A stretch of 56,700 nt of DNA. Origin: Paraspadella gotoi (Eukaryota; Animalia; Chaetognatha). Positions 52,549 to 56,700 of the stretch are shown piece by piece. How positions within the stretch are numbered: the first letter of the stretch is position 1; every line of letters starts with the position of its first letter. The notes below the pieces were generated by a model. It saw nothing but the letters and a program-made list of their open reading frames with translations, did not search any database and was not told the origin of the DNA. The stretch is from contig CM119268.1 in NCBI GenBank assembly GCA_051294375.1, positions 12,500,237 through 12,556,936 of the forward strand. The letters are read 5' to 3'. The translations under genes and the position numbers were made by a program.

Positions 52549-53458
52549 ATCAACTTGTATAATTTGGTCAACTGACATAATTTGGTTAACTGACTTAATT
52601 TGGTCGACTGACATAATTTGATCAATTAAGATAATTTGGTCAACCGGCATAATTTGGTCAACTGGCATAATTTTATCAACTGGCCTAATTTGGTCAACTG
52701 GCATAATTTGGTCAACTTTAAGAATTTGGTCAACTGGCATAATTGTGTCAATTGGCATAATTTGGTCAATCAATCAATCAGAGAGAGACAGAGAGAAACT
52801 TTAAAAAATTCAAATAAATTTGTCTTTTGGTTTTCTAATTTGAACTCTTTTCCACTCCTACGATTCCATCAAAAAATTTATATCCAGCTTTATCACATAC
52901 TTTCCTACCCACATACAAAATTCAATTTATCTATCCAATTTTTAATAAACATAATTATTATGAGTAAATTTAAGTAAAAATACTGTAAATATGACTTTTG
53001 TTTTTTCAATTTTAACTCATTTCCACTCGCACGATTCCATCGAAACTTTATATCCAGCTCAATCACACAATTTCCTACCATCATACAAAATTTCAAGTCA
53101 ATTGCCCTATCCACTCATGAGCAATTGGCGTTCAAATAGTGAAATATATTTTTTTTGTTTTTTCCATTTAAACCAATTTCCACTCGCACGATTCCCTCGA
53201 AACTTCATATCCATCTCAATCACACAGTTTCCTACCCACACACAAAATTTCATACCAATCCATCCATCCAATCACGAGTAATTGGAGTTTTTTGCTTAGG
53301 TGGGACGGACGAACGGACAGACAGACGGACGGACGGACATTTTTTTGCATAATTTATCATAATTCGATGTTCTGACATGATATAAGTGTGTGCCCGACAA
53401 TATTGAGGGGGCGGACCGACGGACCGACAAAGTGAATTATAGAGTCGGGATCTGCTGC
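52549..53458 (+). mobile_element. Helentron/DINE-1-like family copy with an 18-bp tandem array (52549-52770)
   Basis: Shares core subrepeats, the GACG/GACA tract and the 3' block CATAATTTATCATAATTCGATGTTCTGACATG...GGGATCTGCTG with 44580-44700. Confidence 0.7.
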
Positions 53459-53460
53459 TA

Positions 53461-54923
53461 AAATCTTAAAAGCATAAGGATCGTCGCAATTGCATGAAAA
53501 AAATCTGGATTGACGACAAATTTTGATAATAAAAAAAATTAAATTTGAGAAAAAAAAATTAATTTATAAACAGAAAGAAAAAGAAAAAAAGAATAAATAT
53601 AAAAAAAGAATAGAAGGGAAAGAAAGAATAGAAAGAAACGAAAGAATTGAAAGGAGAGAAAGAATAGAAAAGAGAAAAAGAACAGAAAGGAAAGAAAGAA
53701 TAGAAAAAAAAGAAAGAAAAATAAAAATAGAGAGTGACGAGAAGAAAGAACGAAATAAAAACCCGATGTTGCGATAGCAAAATGATAACATGCACGAATA
53801 CGATGCCTAATTTTACGACTTCAATTCTAATTCAATTTTTTTTTCATAAAAATCAGAGAGAGGGAGAAGCCAAATCGTTTTCGGACTAATCAGCAGCAGC
53901 AGCAGCAGAGGCAGCCAGAAAAAAAAGGAAATCAAAAGGCAGCAGCAGAAGCAGCAGGAGAAAGAGAGAAAGAAAAAGCCCCTGCAGAGCCATGGGAGAC
54001 TTTTTTTTTCGATGAATCAGCCTGGGGAAAAGAGAGAGAGCTACATAAAAGAGAAAACAGAAAAGAGAAAAGAGAAAGAGACAGAAATAAAAATAAAAGC
54101 AAATTTGTTTGTTTTGATAAAACATAAACAAAACGTATTTAATAAACGTCCTCATCCAATTTCAAGAACCTCATTGATGAGAAGCTGTATATTTATATGC
54201 GCTTCATACACCCAAATTTAATCATAAAATCTTAAAAGCATAAGGATCGTCGCAATCGCATGAGAAAAATCTGAATTGACGACAAATTTTGATATTAAAA
54301 AAGAAAAAAAAATTCATTATCAAATAAACTGATCAGCAGACGCAGACCCTAAGAAAAAAAAAAGAATAAATATAAAACAGTAAAATAACTTATTTTCGAG
54401 TTTAATTTTTTGCAAGTGCAAAGTCTGGAAGGTACTTTTGTTTGACTTTTAGCCCGCATAAACGAGCAGTTTGATCAAATGCGACCTCTCTAAACACTGT
54501 CAGCATTCCCAGAAAAAGAAGGTAAAACTTGAATCAGACTGACGAAGTGAAGTAAAGACTAAAGTGAAGTAAAATGAAGTAAAGTAAAATAAAATAATAA
54601 AGTAAATATATATTGAAAAAAAAATTATTCTGATTGATATTTAAAATATTTAGAAAAAAATCTTAAAAGCATAAGGATCGTCGCAATAGCATAAGAAAAA
54701 TCTGGATTGATGACAAATTTTGATACTAAAAAATATAAAATTTGAGAAAAAAAAAATTTAAACAAAGAAAAATTCTATTTTGCGATTGTTAATAAAAAAA
54801 AATAATAAGTACAGAAGAAAATTAAAGTTAGTTTCTAAAAAATAGCAAAATGATAACATGCACGAATGCGATGCCTAATTTTACGAGTTCAATCCTAATT
54901 CAATTTTTTTTTTAAATAAAAAC

Positions 54924-54970
<47 letters not shown>

Positions 54971-55290
54971 AAATCAAAAGGCAGCAGCAGAAGCAGCAGG
55001 AGAAAAGAGAGAAAAAGAAATAAGCCCCTGCAGAGCCAGCTCAGGCTCGTTTTTTTCCCTATGATTATGAATCAGTGACTAGGGAAAAGAGAGAGGAAGA
55101 GAGACATGTAATTAAAAGAGAAAGAGAGAGAGAAAGAAATATGAAAATAAAAGAGAGAAAATTTGTTTGTTTATCAAACATAAACAAAACATATTTAATA
55201 ACTGTCCAGACTCAATTTTAAGCACATCGATGATGAGAAGCTGTATATAAATTTCAGCTTCATACACCCAAATGTAATCATAAAAAAGGC
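53461..55290. repeat. Complex tandem repeat whose units start AAATCTTAAAAGCATAAGGATCGTCGCAAT
   Basis: Unit starts at 53461, ~54227 and ~54658; 53775-54225 is repeated at 54843-55280. Confidence 0.8.
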
Positions 55291-55431
55291 GATCTATAAT
55301 TTTGAACGCCAACGACAACAACGACGACGCCACTTATGGGCAAAAGCGATACAATATCGTCGCAAACGCTTAGCGATTGCGACGATAAAAAGATCTCAAG
55401 TCAAAACGTTAAACTTTAATACATAACTGAC

Positions 55432-55588
55432 CAGTCATTATCTTGACATCTCTCGCTTGAGAGACGATCCATCTCTGCAGAAACTCTTGCGGGTCTTTAG
55501 AGAATTCCAACATGAATTCGCGTTGACTTTTTAGTTGATTAATCGTCTCAACAGTTTCATGAATCTTAGTGTCTTGAGTCGAAATCTC
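55432..55588 (-). CDS. SMARCD1: BAF60/SMARCD exon
   Basis: TTTTCCTTCAG acceptor, G|GTCAGT donor; [52 protein letters not shown]. Confidence 0.95.
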
Positions 55589-55660
55589 CTGAAGGAAAAG
55601 AAAAGTGAAGATATCGGCGTCTTTCCGCAATTTTGTGTCATTTTCCGTTGTCCTATTTGC

Positions 55661-55758
55661 CTGTTGACTGGTGGTGCTCAGGAGGAAGTTGTTCATTTGC
55701 GTCTTGAGCGAATCGTCGACCTCGACGTCAATGTCGTAACAAGCCGTCTTTCGGTGAT
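55661..55758 (-). CDS. SMARCD1: BAF60/SMARCD exon (followed by a GC donor)
   Basis: CTCAG acceptor; (D)[32 protein letters not shown]. Confidence 0.93.
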
Positions 55759-55839
55759 CTGAGTTGCGGTTAAAAGATTCTAAACTTAATATATATCTAA
55801 ATAAAACTTACGTCTACAAATTGTGGAGGAGATTGAAAC

Positions 55840-55999
55840 CTGGGCCGTCAACGGAGATGAGATGGTTAATGACGATGGGATCCGGGGGATGCAAAAGCGG
55901 ATGCAGGCGCTGAGGGATGTCGGCGAACTTCATCTTGAAGCAGTCAAAGATTTGGGTTAAGTATCGATCGCAGTTGATGAATTCCCGCTCGTGGGGGTC
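55840..55999 (-). CDS. SMARCD1: BAF60/SMARCD exon, C-terminal part of the SWIB domain; upstream exons lie outside the window
   Basis: [53 protein letters not shown]; G|GTTTCA donor; putative CAG acceptor with a CTCTAAC branch-like motif. Confidence 0.93.
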
Positions 56000-56213
56000 C
56001 TGGACACATTCATTAAGGTTAGAGATCACCCATGAGTCCCGGGGCGCGGTTGGTTCTAACGGGGGTACGCCTATACTGATAACACTTTAGAGAAAGGCCG
56101 GCGGTATTGAATATGGAAATCACGGTTGAGATGGTGCAATTGGTGCATCCGACTAGAATACAGAAGGCTTCATATTATAAAATGAGGTACTACTATCTAG
56201 GAAAAAAATATAT

Positions 56214-56700
56214 TGTGGCAAGGAAACGGGACGAGGTTCAGATCGAGAATGAATTTATTCTCCAACAACAAATACAACAATCAACAAGAGAAAATGCTAA
56301 GTCTAAAACAGTAACAATAACTTTACAAGGAACCAGCTGAAGACAGCCTGGAGAGAGTCACTGATGACCGTGGTGACCAGTCAGCGATTGAGTGAGAAGG
56401 ATAGTTTTCGGCTATGGTTCTTGATCTGATAAGGTCGCGTGTTGTTGCTGCCACACATCCCCCCCCAGACTTTGACCAGAGGGAGAAGGCTGAGAGTTAT
56501 TGATCATTCTCATCTTCGTCCGGTGGTTGCAACATTGTCGGGAGGATGCTGATGAGGCCAGGAACTTGACCCGTTTGGCGCCGCATAATTGGGATGATAG
56601 TGGGTGTTGCCAGTGGAGTCGGGGGAACTGCTTGCGGCATTGGGGAAGGTGGAGGTGGGAGTGACGTTGGCAAAGGCAGGGGCGGGGAGGGCTTGGGTGG
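56214..56700 (-). mobile_element. 3' end of an LTR retrotransposon: Pro-rich ORF tail, polypurine tract and 242-bp 3' LTR (56455-56214)
   Basis: Minus strand: G8A purine tract, then TGTGGCA...TGCCACA inverted termini with internal AATAAA (56259-56254). Confidence 0.85.

Overview
AT-rich eukaryotic (animal-like) draft genomic DNA with N gaps, abundant (GA)n and GAC/AAC low-complexity tracts, and stretches that look indel-noisy. Two host genes are recognisable, both on the minus strand. One is the 3' half of a SWI/SNF BAF60/SMARCD gene (five exons, 55999 to 41745), with three tiny introns (one GC-AG) and a 13.4-kb transposon-filled intron. The other is the 5' part of a probable NAF1 gene (H/ACA RNP assembly factor), whose large exon carries a 30-bp coding minisatellite. 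Most of the rest is mobile DNA: a decayed ALOG-domain tyrosine-recombinase (DIRS-like) retrotransposon with an SGNH-esterase ORF between RT and YR, three Ty3/Gypsy remnants (one adjacent to an OTU-protease-like domain), nested non-autonomous DNA transposons whose target-site duplications can be verified against empty paralogous sites in the window, a Helentron/DINE-1-like family and tRNA-derived SINE heads. There is also a perfect 69-bp-arm palindrome. All protein and family assignments come from motif recognition by eye, not from database searches.
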